Source of the DNA: Felis catus
Taxonomy: Eukaryota
Reading direction: 5' to 3'
DNA: 64,000 nucleotides
NCBI RefSeq assembly: GCF_018350175.1
Contig: NC_058368.1
Coordinates: 235,912,001 to 235,976,000 of the forward strand
Shown here: piece by piece, positions 24,700-36,984 of the stretch
Numbering within the stretch: the first letter of the stretch is position 1
Layout: every line of letters begins with the position of its first letter
Notes under the pieces: model-generated
What the model saw: only the letters and a program-made list of their open reading frames with translations
Told to the model about the DNA's origin: nothing
The model's database searches: none
Program-made: the position numbers and the translations under genes

Positions 24700-26090
24700 C
24701 AAGCCAACAAACAAATGAAAATCACTTAGGAAACTGGAGGCGGAAATTACTTCAAATTATAAATCACCTCTCTTTATGCAAAGAACCGACATCTTACTTA
24801 AGAATTCAGTTAATTTCCATTAAAGCAAAAAAACAGAAAGAATGTGGAACATCCTGTTTATCGTTGATCACTTTTCTAATTTTTTAGAAAATTTAGAGAA
24901 CCATATACAATAAGAAAAGCAACTAAAGCACACCTTTCCATAAAGGTGAAAATAGCATGTCGGTCCACGCAGGTGCTATGAGATTCTGAAAAACTGCCAA
25001 AAAAAAAAAAAAGCATAATATAAAATGATGTGAAATTCAATCAGGTGATCTATTATGCAAAATGATCTGACAAAATTGAGCATTGTTTAATACTGCAGAT
25101 TATAATTTATGCAAATATAATGGTGTCCGTAATCATATTTACAATAGCCACAAAAGTAGAAAATGCCCATGAAGATATTTAACAAAAAATACGTAAGATC
25201 CACATGAGGAAAATTTTAAATCTTATCTGAAGGCTAATTATGGCTTAAACAGAAAGACATGACATGCTTTAAAATATTAAAATTATGCCTCAAATGTTAT
25301 ACAGATTTGTAAACAAGTATGATTTTTAAATTTTTAATGTTTATTTCCCATCAAAACCTTTTTTATTGAGGTCCATTAAAATGTGACTGTACAAGTTATC
25401 TGTAAATAAACTGTCAGGAAACAACATTTTAAAAATAACAATCAACTATGCTGTATGCCTGAAACTAATGTGACACTGTGTGTCAACTATACTCAAATAA
25501 AAAAAATTATAAAATAAATACAACAATTAAGAGCTCTTGGCAGTATGGTAGCTATCAGACAGTGTATAAATGACACAAGAAATGAGAGTGGATTGGACCG
25601 AAGAAAACAGTGGAACAAAAAAATATATTTTCTTAACAACTGAATACTTTTAAATTGGTTTTTGTGTTTGTTTATGATTTTCTAACAATGAGCATTGAAA
25701 AAAAAACCAGGTTAACTACTTGGAAAAAATGATTTTAGATAATTTATTTTTTATAGTATTCAAAAATAAATTCCAGCTAAACTATATATTTCATACAACT
25801 ATTAATGGACCACAAAGACCAGATGAATGAGGATACACAGTTACCAGGGTCAGGAGGAATTTGCTAATCCAAAAACCCCAACAGGAAGATGTGAAAACAT
25901 TTTGATAGATCTGTTTATGAAAATTTTAATTTCTGGACCTCAAAAAATCCCCACCATCATCTAAAAAGAAAGTATCGCTATTTGCACAAAACAATAAATC
26001 AGCGATTAAGAAAATCAGTATTTAACAAAACATGATGCAATCTAAAAAGTAAGATACAAAGAGCCTATTGTTGAAGACTTTAATAAGTCC
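24700..26090 (+). mobile_element. Highly decayed L1 ORF2-derived sequence, including a short L1 3' terminus at about 25440-25520
   Basis: A-rich L1-like text (tttacaatagccacaaaa, aagatccacatgaggaaaattttaaa); cctgaaactaatgtgacactgtgtgtcaactatactcaaataaaa is a typical L1 end. Confidence 0.65.
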
Positions 26091-26134
26091 TGACTCCTGG
26101 GGTCTGAGACCCCCTGACACACACTTGCATGCAT

Positions 26135-26168
<34 letters not shown>

Positions 26169-26454
26169 ACACCCACTGCTCCCATGAAGATTTCTCTTGC
26201 TCTTGAGAATATTGATTCCCAGTGGAAAGACCCTGAGAATCCCCACTCCCTTCAGATCCCGTCTGTGCCTGCCCAGGAAATGCGTGAATTGTCCCCCCTC
26301 CCAGCCTTTTTGTTTGGAAATTGTGTCTATTTGCTTTTGATGGTCGTATGTTAAGGTAGGAAAGATTGAAATAAGAATGTTTTCTGGAGCCATCACCATA
26401 AGCTTATCCTATTTACTATGAGGAAATACAATATGGGCAATATGGAGATTGAGG

Positions 26455-26655
26455 TATCTATCATCTATCTATGTACATATGTATGTATCATCTATCTAAG
26501 TATGTATGTGTCTATCTACCTGTCTATGTATGTATGTATGCACATATGTATCTATCATCTGTCTATTTACGTATGTATCTATCATGTATCATATCTGCCC
26601 ATGTATGTATGTATGTATGTATCCAATCAATCTTTCCATATATCATCTATCTACA
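26455..26655. repeat. Complex (TATC/TATG)n low-complexity array; a (CA)n tract lies at 26135-26164
   Basis: Seen directly in the sequence. Confidence 0.9.
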
Positions 26656-28094
26656 GACCGAAGGAAATACTCCAAAATTGGAATTATGGTTTGTTTGGAT
26701 AAGCTCAGTAACAATTACAGATTGTATTTATCATATTTTTACACTTTTCAGTATTTTTGTCTCCTAAAAAAATTACAGTGAACAAATACTGCTATCATCA
26801 TGAGGATAGGAATGAATTAATGGTTTGTCTTAATGCTCTTTATTCTAGGACCCTGTGGTTACCTGTAATCCCTTTTGCGAACCACAGTGCCAAACCTCTA
26901 AGCGCCAGGGCTTTGAGAACGGTCAGCCAGAGACCAGAAGTCCATGGCGTTCTGAAAGATTTTAGGAAAATATCATTTGTACGGTGATGTAAACAGAAGG
27001 ACCACTATAAATCTGGAACTAAATTTTATAACCCAAAATATTTTGTCTTTGATTTCATCAGAGGGTCGTCTCCAAAATTTATAAAGATTATGTTTACTTT
27101 GTATAAATTGTAAAATACTCATGCAAAGCGAGTACAAAAATATTGGTATTTGTTCCAGAGAGTTCAGTGAAGGGGAGAGACCCCTGGACGGGAGCCTCGC
27201 GGCCTCATGACAGCTGCATAAACCGTCTGGGTGTAACATCAGCTGCTTTGAGCCGCTGCGTTCTTAGCCCGGGAACAGGGAAAAAAACAAGGTTGAGGGT
27301 TTCCCGAACTGTTTCAAGATGGGGCACACACAGGTTATGCCGAAGTTAGACTCTTTTGCCAGTGCAGCTATGGGAGGCGGCTGAATCAAAGCACACATTT
27401 TCTTTTCTTCAATTTGAGCCCTGCTCCAGATTGTTTCCCTTCCCTACTGCTAAGGCAGGGAAATGAAACTGTACAGTTAAAATGTAACTTGAAAGAATTT
27501 ATGTGGTTCACTGGGTAATAATTGCAACATTTTCCACGGCCTATTAAAGAGCAATTTCTTTGGTTTTATTAGGTGTTTCAGAATATTTTGAAGGGTTTTT
27601 TTCCTGGTGTATCTTTTCTTTTTTAATTTTCCTTTGAGTGGCATGATATCCCTCTATTTCAATGGAGAAAGTGGAACTAACACGATAAAATGAAAATTTC
27701 CAACGCGGTTCCCCCTACTGCTCAGTTTACTGGCTGTAATTGAAGAGAAGCTAACCCTCCAATATTCTTGTGATTTACTATTTCCCTGAAACATACTGCT
27801 TAGCATTTAACTTTTATTGATGCATAGAATTCAAAAGCACTGGTCAGCTCATCACCGCTCAGGGGCTTAATTAAAACACACCTTCTGAAAGCGGAGGGGA
27901 ATCTGATAACGATACATACAGAAACACAGAGAACATTCCATTCTCTTCCCTCACCTGCTGTCCCCACTGTAAATCTGCTTGGCTTTGGGCCAAAGACTTT
28001 CAGACCCATCACGTCTTTTAGACGAATCATTTTCCCCTCCTCTGTGAGCTGCGTGGACTTCACAGTCCCCATTAGGGGATGAAAGCGGTTTGTT

Positions 28095-28775
28095 GGGGGG
28101 TGAATCTGGTGGCGATGGGGGGCGGGGGCGGAGTCTTCAGACAGCCGCGCAGCCCTCGGCTTCCCAGGACCCGCCGGTGGGTGGCGCTCTAGGACAACAT
28201 TTGCACCGTTGAGGGGCAGGGGGGGCGGCTGCCTGTGCGACTCAAATCTTCCCTAACAACTGCAACCGATAAAAATCAGTTTTTCCTCTTAATTACTGCT
28301 AAGTGAATACCTTCTGATCTAGCAGTCAGATGGTAAGGCTGATTATTGAGCAAGCGACTAACGCTCCTGGAGAGCCCCAGATTCCCCGAGCGCGGCACAG
28401 AATCTTTTCAGGCGCACATGAGATCCCTCTTAGGGGGCAATACTGGGGCACAAATACCCAGGATTTGCGAGGCGTGGACACTGCAGCTCAGGGTGCTTCA
28501 GCAGCCGCCTCAGGAACAGTCCGCTGTAACCCTCCACTGGGTCTTGACCTGGGGGCAGGGGGGTGAAAACCTAGGGATACCCAATTCATCTGGGTGGCTG
28601 CCCTCACTGCCCCAGGGAATGCGCCTCCTGGGGCCTCACCGAAGCCCTGAGGCAGGGAGGAGGGAGCCCGAGTTCAGGGGGGAGAAAGTGCCAGGGGCTG
28701 CGGTGCTGCCCTGGGCACAATCAGCTGGGCTGCAAGGGGGCCGGGGGAGGGGGTTGGGGGGGGTGGGGGGATAGG
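28095..28775. promoter_or_regulatory. GC/CpG-enriched segment, candidate regulatory element
   Basis: Tandem GC boxes at 28117-28131, CTCF-like CCGGTGGGTGGCGCT at 28174-28188, five G-tracts at 28736-28770. Motif evidence only. Confidence 0.35.
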
Positions 28776-29060
28776 ATCCTGCAGGGCTGGCCCACCCTCA
28801 CTCAGCGAAGGGATGCCAAGGTGCTTTCCCGATTAGAAACATGCAGAAAACATACAGGTGATCTGATGTTTGAAAGACACTCAAATGACTGAAAATAATA
28901 ATAATAATAATACCCCCTACGGAAGTTTTTTCTGTCCTTTGTGGGTATTTCTGAAGTAAACGTGTTTTGTAATCACACGTCCAAGCTGAGAAACGCTGTC
29001 CAAGGTTCCTTTTGGAGAATGAAAGCACCGAAGTGTTACCAGCCTCTTTCCCTTTGTTAA

Positions 29061-29100
<40 letters not shown>

Positions 29101-29413
29101 TAAATAGCGCGCACATTACTCCCAGAGCTGCCCACACAAAATGTGCAGGTGCCCTACGTCCGGACCACCCTCCCATCAGGGGTAAACCGTCAACACTGTT
29201 CCCAGGGCCCTGGAAACGCTCTTCGGTGGTGGGCATCACCGCGTCAGCGGAAAAGAAAGATCACAGTCAAGTCACAGCTACGGATACAGTAGCCTCCTGC
29301 AGACTTGCACGCTGGAGAGAATTAAAAGAAAAATCTTTGTTCTATATATATGATCCGGAAGCTGAAATGGACGGTAAGCTCATTGCTATGATGGTCTTAA
29401 TAGGATGTTTCTA

Positions 29414-30620
29414 GAAATCAGCTTTGTTGAGGTATATTTAACATAAAGTGGTGCGTATTTAAGGAGTTCAAGTTTGTAAGCCTTGGTGTGTAAATCCTCA
29501 CCCAGGAAACCATCACCCCTGTCACTCCCACATCGCCTCATAACCCACCCCTACTCCCTGTCTCTTCCTTGGCCAACCACTGGTCTACTTTCTAACACTG
29601 GAAATGAGTTTGTCTTTTACCGAAATTTACAAAATCTGAATCCCACCAAACGTACTTTATTTTTCTGACTCCTTCCGCTCAGATCAGTTCTCTTGACAAC
29701 CACCGGTGTGGTCACATCTGTAAATAGTTTGTTATTGTTATTGCTGAGGAGAATTCTGTTGTGTGGATGTGCCCGAGCTTGTTTACAAACTCGCCTCTTG
29801 TGAACCTTTGAGTTGTAGCTGTTGGCTCGAACCAATAAGGCCATTACAAACATACATGGTGGGGGGTGGGGGTGGTTATGGACGTTCGCCTTCATTCCCA
29901 CAGGGTAAACATCTAGGAATGGGAGGATCCGACAGGAGAGCAGGTGTTACTTCTGAAGAAACCTAAACTACTGTCCAAAGTCATTGTAACATTGCACGTT
30001 TCTACCGGCAGTCTGTGAATGTTTGGCCTCTTCCAAATCCTCACTGACATTCTAAGTTTATAAGGTTAATCTTCCGTTTTTTCTTTTCTTCTCTTTTCTT
30101 TTCTTTTTTCTTTTCTTTTCCTTTTCTTTTCTTTTTTTCCCTCCCTCCTTCTTTCTTTCTTTCTTTCTTTTTCTTTCTTTCTTTCTTTCTTTCTTTCTAC
30201 ATTAATCCTTCTACCAGGGCTGAGGTGGTGTCTCGCTGTGGCTTCCTTTTGCATTTCCCTAATGACAAATGATGTTGCCTATGTTTTAATGAGCTTATTT
30301 GCCAACTGTATGTTTTCTTTGGGGAGGTGTTTGCTCATTTCATAAACTGGGCTTTTTGTTTTCCTTTTATTGCGTTGCCGGGCTTCTCTTCTTGGTAAAA
30401 ATTCTTACTGACATAGTATTTGCAGCATTTTATTTCACTCAGCCTGTCATTGAGTTGTCATTATCTTTAACAGCATCTCTGCAAAACCAGAAGTGTTTAG
30501 TCTTTATGAAGTACAATTTGCTGGGTTTTTTAAAAATTTTATTTTAGGGACTAGGCTTTTGGTGTCATGTCTAAAACATCCTTATCTGCATGGAAGTCAT
30601 AAGATTTTACGTTTATTGTT
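29414..30620 (-). mobile_element. Old L1 3' region, interrupted by (TTTC)n at about 30077-30198
   Basis: cagctttgttgaggtatattta...ttgcatttccctaatgacaaatgatgttg...ttaatgagcttatttgcca. Confidence 0.85.
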
Positions 30621-30711
30621 ACAAACAATGCCGCAATGAGGATTCTTCTACGTGGGCCTTGTGAACCTATTTCTCTATCCATAACCCACGTATTCGATCA
30701 CTTTCTCCAGA

Positions 30712-31105
30712 CTTACTGAGATGGAAGCGACGTCTAATATTGCATAAGTTGACGACGTATGACCTGTTGATTTGATGCATCTATATACTTCAGTTAGCTA
30801 ACACCTCCGTCACGTCCCATAATTACCATTTCCTTTCTGTGGTGAGAACATCTAAGATCTAGTCCACTAGCAGCTTGCAGCTATCTAGTACCGTATTATT
30901 GTCTATAGTCCTGAGGCTGTCCGTGACGTCCCCGGAATGCATTTGTCCTATCGCAAGAAGCTTGTATTCTTTGACCAACATCTCCCCATTCCCTCCCCCT
31001 CGCAGCCCCTGGCACCCACCTCTCCACCCCGTTTCTGTGAGGTTGGCCTGTTTGGAGTCCACATGGGACACCATGCAGTGTTCGTCTTTCTCTGTGTGAC
31101 ATAGA
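30712..31105 (-). mobile_element. L1MA-type 3' end
   Basis: gtggtgagaacatctaagatcta...ctttgaccaacatctccccattccc...cagcccctggca...tctttctctgtgtgac. Confidence 0.85.
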
Positions 31106-31499
31106 CTCTGAATTTAGAATAGAGCCGCACACCTAAGCGTGAGCTTCTTCACACTTACGAGGTGTTGCCCAGGTGTCTTCAAAAGTGGCTGGGCCTACAC
31201 GGACTCCCACTGGCCATGTGGATTCCCCATAACCCCATCCCCCATATGCCCTCATCGGGCTCCTAAATTGTTGCCAATGCCGTCTCATTGTAGTTCCAAT
31301 TTTCAGTTCCGTTTTAAGACGGAGTTGAGCTTGGGTCTACGTTTACTGAAGACTCAAGTCTATTCTTTTGTGAACGTCCTGCTCTTGTCTGCAGGAAGAG
31401 ACTGTAGCAATCCTGGAGTCTGGTGTGGCCCGGGCTGTTATGGCGGAGGCGATCATTCACCTCTTTTTGGGAAACATGTATGAACACAATGCAATTGTT

Positions 31500-31737
31500 T
31501 GTTTGTTTGTTTATTTATTTATTTTTAATTTTTTTTAATGTTTATTTATTTTTGACAGAGAGAGACAGAGCATGAGCGCGGGAGGGGCAGAGAGAGAGGG
31601 AGACACAGGATTCGAAGCAGGCTCCAGGCTCTGAGCTGTCAGCACAGAGCCGGATGCGGGGCTCAAACTCACAGACCGTGAGATCACGACCTGAGCCGAA
31701 GTTGGACGCTCAACCGACGGAGCCACCCGGGCGCCCC
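31500..31737 (-). mobile_element. CAN-SINE
   Basis: Full body, head cccgggcgcccc, TTTA tail. Confidence 0.95.
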
Positions 31738-32152
31738 TGTTTTTTTCTTTTTTTGTTTTTCTTTTTCCAGTTGCTTAAACCCATGGACCAGTAGACGTGT
31801 GACCAAGGTTCCCATAGCATTTGGGGAGAAGCTGATGAGCAGGACGCTGTAAAATTCTCCGTGAGAACAGTGAGTCGAGCTTCTGAAACCAGCCAAATCA
31901 TCCTAAGGTTCCAGTTACATTGTCAGTGGTTTTGTGTCCCTTGAGGACTAGGCTTCCTTGGCTACAGGTGCCCTGTCTTTGCTTCTGTCTGGCTCCAAAG
32001 GGATGTTTCTGGTCCTTTCCTAATGAGACATCACACCCTCTGTTTCTGATGTAGGTATATTTACATCAGTCATTGGTCAACCAAACCATACCTCTTCCTA
32101 TGTCTCTAGTGTTTCAATTTTTAGATTTTCTTAATAATTTGTTGGGATTTTA

Positions 32153-32388
32153 TTTATTTATTTTTTTTATAAAAAAATTTTTTTTCAACATTTATTGATT
32201 TTTGGGACAGAGAGAGACAGAGCATGAACGGGGGAGGGGCAGAGAGAGAGGGAGACACAGAATCGGAAACAGGCTCCAGGCTCTGAGCCATCAGCCCAGA
32301 GCCTGACGTGGGGCTCGAACTCGCGGACCGCGAGATCGTGACCTGGCCAAGGTCAGACGCTCAACCGACTGCGCCACCCAGGCGCCCC
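32153..32388 (-). mobile_element. Young feline SINE (SINEC_Fc-like)
   Basis: 20-bp TSD aataatttgttgggatttta at 32133-32152 and 32389-32408. Confidence 0.97.
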
Positions 32389-32499
32389 AATAATTTGTTG
32401 GGATTTTAATATATTCTGGAAGCTATTCTCTTGGTTTGCTTGTTGTGCCATTTCTTCTTTGTTCGTTTAAGTAATTGCTCCAAGTCTCTGGTTCACTTC

Positions 32500-32695
32500 T
32501 AATGTTACTAGCTATCAGATCTAGCATGGGCTAGCCGTATGCTACGGCTCAATACCGTCATTGCAAAATTTATGACGACAATATTATCTACCTAATAGAT
32601 ATTTTGAGGATTAGGTGGGTTAATATATACACAATGATGAGAACAAGGGCAGACACATAATAAGCACTATATAAATGTTTGTTATCATTATTATT
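32500..32695 (+). mobile_element. MIR SINE relic
   Basis: tctacctaatagatattttgaggatta...cacataataagcactatataaatgtttgttatcattattatt. Confidence 0.7.
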
Positions 32696-32954
32696 AATGG
32701 AGTCTTTTGTAACAAAGACGTTTTGATGTTAATGTAGTAAAAATGAACAATGACTTGGGGGGATGGTGTTGGTCTTTAAGATCTACTTACGAAGCACCAC
32801 CTACACTGATGTTGGAGAGATATTTTTTGTATTGTCTTCTGAAAGTTTTGTACTTTTGCATTTTAATTATATCTTTAATCCCTCTGGGGCTTATTTACTA
32901 TTTGATGGGCTCTCAGGATGAATATATATGTTTTTACATATAGAAAGTTGGTAT

Positions 32955-33168
32955 TTTTATTTTTATTTTTTAAATTTTAACCTTTTTTATTGAGAGTGTG
33001 CATGGGGGAAGGGCAGAGAGAAAGAGAGCTAGAGGGAGAATCTGAAGCAGTCTCCAGGCCCAGCAGCACAGAGCCCGGCATGGGGCTCGATCTCGTGACC
33101 ATGAGATCATGACCCGAGCCACAATCAAGAATCAGCCACCTAACTGACGGAGCCACCCAGGTGCCCCC
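32955..33168 (-). mobile_element. CAN-SINE
   Basis: Head gagccacccaggtgcccc, body and T-rich tail. Confidence 0.93.
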
Positions 33169-34050
33169 TAAAATTGTTATTAAAGAAAAATGTTCGGCTC
33201 TTCTCACTCATTTTTATTTCATCGTTCGCGCAAGACGTTCACATATGCGTGGACTGTTGAGCATAGCCATTTTGTCACGCGCTCTATTTCCGTATCCACC
33301 CACGCACAGGATGTGTATCTCTGGAAGAACGACGGTCCTACCCTTTAATTCTGACTGGACGAGAATGCTTCCTCACTTCTCTTGGCTGACTTTGTTGCTT
33401 TGTTTTTCCACAGGACTGTAATGACCCACTTGTCATTAATTTCCATGTAATTTTATTGAGTTGCATAAAGTGTAGAAATTAAAAATTTATTGCATTTGTA
33501 GACTAATGAGGGAAGAATTAACAGCTTTTCTTTTTATACACGAGCATGGCGGGGTTCTCATTTTATTTGGGCCTTCTTTTATTAACGTGCTTTGGTGGCC
33601 GTTTTCCTAGGTGACTCAATAGTTTTTATTTCTACTGTAAATGAGACCTTGCTTTTTTAAGATCACATTTCACCATCATAATTAATGGACAGAAATCCTA
33701 CTAATATTTATAATATAACATATATTAACATATTATAAGTATCCTATATACCGTAATGTGTACGTATGTGCACTCGTATATGTGTGTGTTATATGTGCAT
33801 AGACTTATGTATAGACAGCTGTGTTTCTTTCTTTATATTTCCCATAAATGATTTCCCGACTTTCTGCTTGGCTACGACCTCCAGCTCAAAGCAGACCAGG
33901 ACCGGTCCCTGCATTTGTCCTGACATCAAAGGGAATGCTTTTGACGTTTTGTCATGAAGTATGGGGTTGTGCTATAGTTTTAAAGAGAAATATTTTATAA
34001 TTGAAGGAAAATCCTCTCTATTCCAAATTTGAGTCACCATACAATTCTTT

Positions 34051-34272
34051 TTTTTTTTTAATTTTTTTTTCAACGTTTATTTTTTTGGGGACAGAGAGAG
34101 ACATAGCATGAACGGGGGAGGGGCAGAGAGAGAGGGAGACACAGAATCGGAAACAGGCTCCAGGCTCTGAGCCATCAGCCCAGAGCCTGACGCGGGGCTC
34201 GAACTCACGGACCGCGAGATCGTGACCTGGCTGAAGACGGACGCTTAACCGACTGCGCCACCCAGGCGCCCC
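34051..34272 (-). mobile_element. Young feline SINE (SINEC_Fc-like)
   Basis: TSD tcaccatacaattcttt at 34034-34050 and 34273-34289. Confidence 0.97.
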
Positions 34273-35283
34273 TCACCATACAATTCTTTATGAGGATGAG
34301 AGTTGGTTGACATTTATGAAATACTTTTTCTGAATCAATGGAGACATTATATTTTCTTAATCTTCATTCAGTAAACTCTACTAATTCCTGTCAGTGGATA
34401 TAGTATAATTTAGTAACAATGATTTTTGCACATTGAGGGATTTTCTTTGCTACTATTTCATTTCGTGCCCTTTCATCTATTCTGACAATTGAGTTGCTCT
34501 AGAATTTTTCTTCTCAACATTTCCCCAATATACTCTAGGCTCTATTACGCTTATGAATGAGGTGTAGAGCCTTGCTTTGTATTTTGTTCTCTGATAAAAT
34601 ATATAACAAGGAGGTAATATATTTGGTATTTGGTAATCCCATTTGTAAAAGAGTCTGCATCTCCTTTCTGTTGGGGGAAGGAAGAGAATAGAAATCTACT
34701 AACGATTTGATTTATTAATGGTTTTGGGTCTATTCAGGTATTCTGGATTTTCTTGACGTAATTTTCATGTTAGGTAGTTTTACAGGAATTGTATATTTAC
34801 CTCAGTTTTCAAATTGTCAGCATAAAATATTTTGTGATGCCATAATTTTTACATGTTGTTGGTATTATTTGCTATGTCACCAGTTTCAGATCTAATATTC
34901 CTTTATTTTTGCCCTTCCTATTTTCTTGATATTTAGGCAGAGATTATTTATTTAACTTCTTTTAAAAATCAGGTTTGAGTTTTATTGATTCTTTGATTTT
35001 TCTGCTTCAATATTTATTATTTATTTATCTATGTCTTAATATATGAGTTGGGTTTATTATTTTTTTTTCCGGATGACATAGTTGCTTTCCGACTATAATT
35101 CTAACTATAGATCCTTGACAGACAAGCTCTCTTTTTTGTTTGGCTGACGTTAGGCCTTCCCTTGTTTGTGGAAACCTACTGTTCCACGAAGTTATGTCTG
35201 GCATGGATTTCATTTGATCTACTCTGTGACAGATTTTGTGTTTATTTTCCATTATCAGTTCTGCAAAAATCCTTCTCCATTAC

Positions 35284-35649
35284 TTTTTTTTTTTTTTTAA
35301 CAACTGGGTTTCTTTTTTTTTTTTTTAATATTTTTTTAATGTTTATTTATCTTTGAGAGAGAGAGAGAGAGAGAGCACGCGCGCAGGAGCAGGGGAGGGA
35401 CAAAGAGAGAGGGAGACACAGAATCTGAAGCAGGCTCCAGGCTCTGGCTGTCAGCACAGAGCCCGATGTGGGGCTCGAACTCACAAACTGTGAGTTCATG
35501 ACCTGAGCCCAAGTCAGACGCTTAACCAACTGAACCACGCAGGTGCCCCTCCATTACTTTTTTTTTTTTTTTTAAGATTTATTTATTTGAGAGAGAGAGA
35601 GAGAGAGTGAGCATGAGCTGGGGACGGGCAGAGAGTGAGGGGGATAGAT
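35284..35649 (-). mobile_element. Full CAN-SINE (35284-35549) plus a 5'-truncated SINE (35558-35649)
   Basis: Three copies of the target word ctccattac at 35275, 35549 and 35650 delimit the two inserts. Confidence 0.9.
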
Positions 35650-36027
35650 CTCCATTACCTTTTGAATGTTGCCTTTTTCTGTTCTGTTTCCTTCATTTTA
35701 GATCTGAGTGGCACCTTTTCATGTGATTCTCCCTTATTTTCCTCTGCCTCATTCCTATTGTTCACTGTAATCTCTTCACCCTGTGTTGGTGATTTCCTGA
35801 ATCCTGTCTTCCCCTTTACTAATTTTCTCTTCCTTAATCAAAATATTGGTTATTGACTCACTTACTGTGTTTTCCATTATCCAACATTACATTATTTTCA
35901 CTGTTTTAACATATTTTTATTCTTATGATATTTTGTTTCTTTTATTTGATTCGTTAAATTTTTAATTATTTAAAGCCTCCCCCTGAATATTCTGTTCTTC
36001 CAAATGCTTGTGATTCTAAGTTGGGAA

Positions 36028-36067
<40 letters not shown>

Positions 36068-36458
36068 GTCCAAGGACAGGCCAGAAAGGAATAATGAATT
36101 ATAATAAGGTACCAGGTAGGAATATGAAATGAATAGGAAAACTCTATAACCATAGCTCCATATAAGTATTTAAATTAAATTTATAAATCTTACTATTCTG
36201 TTTATCAACCGAGCAAGTTTTTGTCATTTTAAAATTAATATTTAATTGAAGAATATGTTATTAAACTGATAAAAACCCAGTTTAAAACCATCAAGGCTGT
36301 TGAATTACTTATTTGGGTAAGTTATTTTAAATTTTCTCAATCTTTCTTTTGAATTTATTATATTAGATTATATCTTCGAGTGGTCACATTCCTCCCAGGG
36401 CAAACACATACAATCCTAAGAATGAAATAGTCCTAACCAGTAAGATCTTGTAAATCTT

Positions 36459-36666
36459 TTTTTTTTTTAATGTTTTTTTTTTTTTTTTTTTATTTTGGGG
36501 GAGAGAGAGAGAGCTAGTGGGAGAGGGGCAGAGAGAGAGGGAGCTGGAGGATCCAGAGTGGGCTCTGTGCCGACAGCAGACAGCTCGATGCGGGGCTCGA
36601 ACTCAGGGGAGATCATGACCTGAGCCAAAGTCAGACACTTCATCGACTGAGCCACCCAGGTGCCCC
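36459..36666 (-). mobile_element. CAN-SINE
   Basis: TSD aagatcttgtaaatctt at 36442-36458 and 36667-36683. Confidence 0.96.
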
Positions 36667-36984
36667 AAGATCTTGTAAATCTTAAAAATTAAACTCAGGA
36701 ACCGGTACGTCAAGTTCTCAAAAAATATTTCAATGCTCTCTAAAAGCAGACTACAAATATATTACTATCCTTCATAAAAATTGTGTGCTGCAAGCTCTTC
36801 ACCAGGACTCTCCAAAAGAAACCCAGAATGAGGCAAGACCACAGGTCATTTGGGCTCTACCACCCTGACTTGGGCGGCAGGGACCCGGGTTTTCTCGGCA
36901 TCCCCAGCCTCCACTGCTCTGAGCTGGTCCTCCTGGGCGGGGGGGGGGGGGGGGGGGGGGGGTGGGGCCCTGCTCGGTCAGGAC

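Larger units (their letters stand above)
33400..35980 (-). mobile_element. Patchy, very old antisense L1 sequence interrupted by SINEs
   Basis: T-rich text such as tgtcctgacatcaaagggaatgcttttga and gggtctattcaggtattct. Confidence 0.6.
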
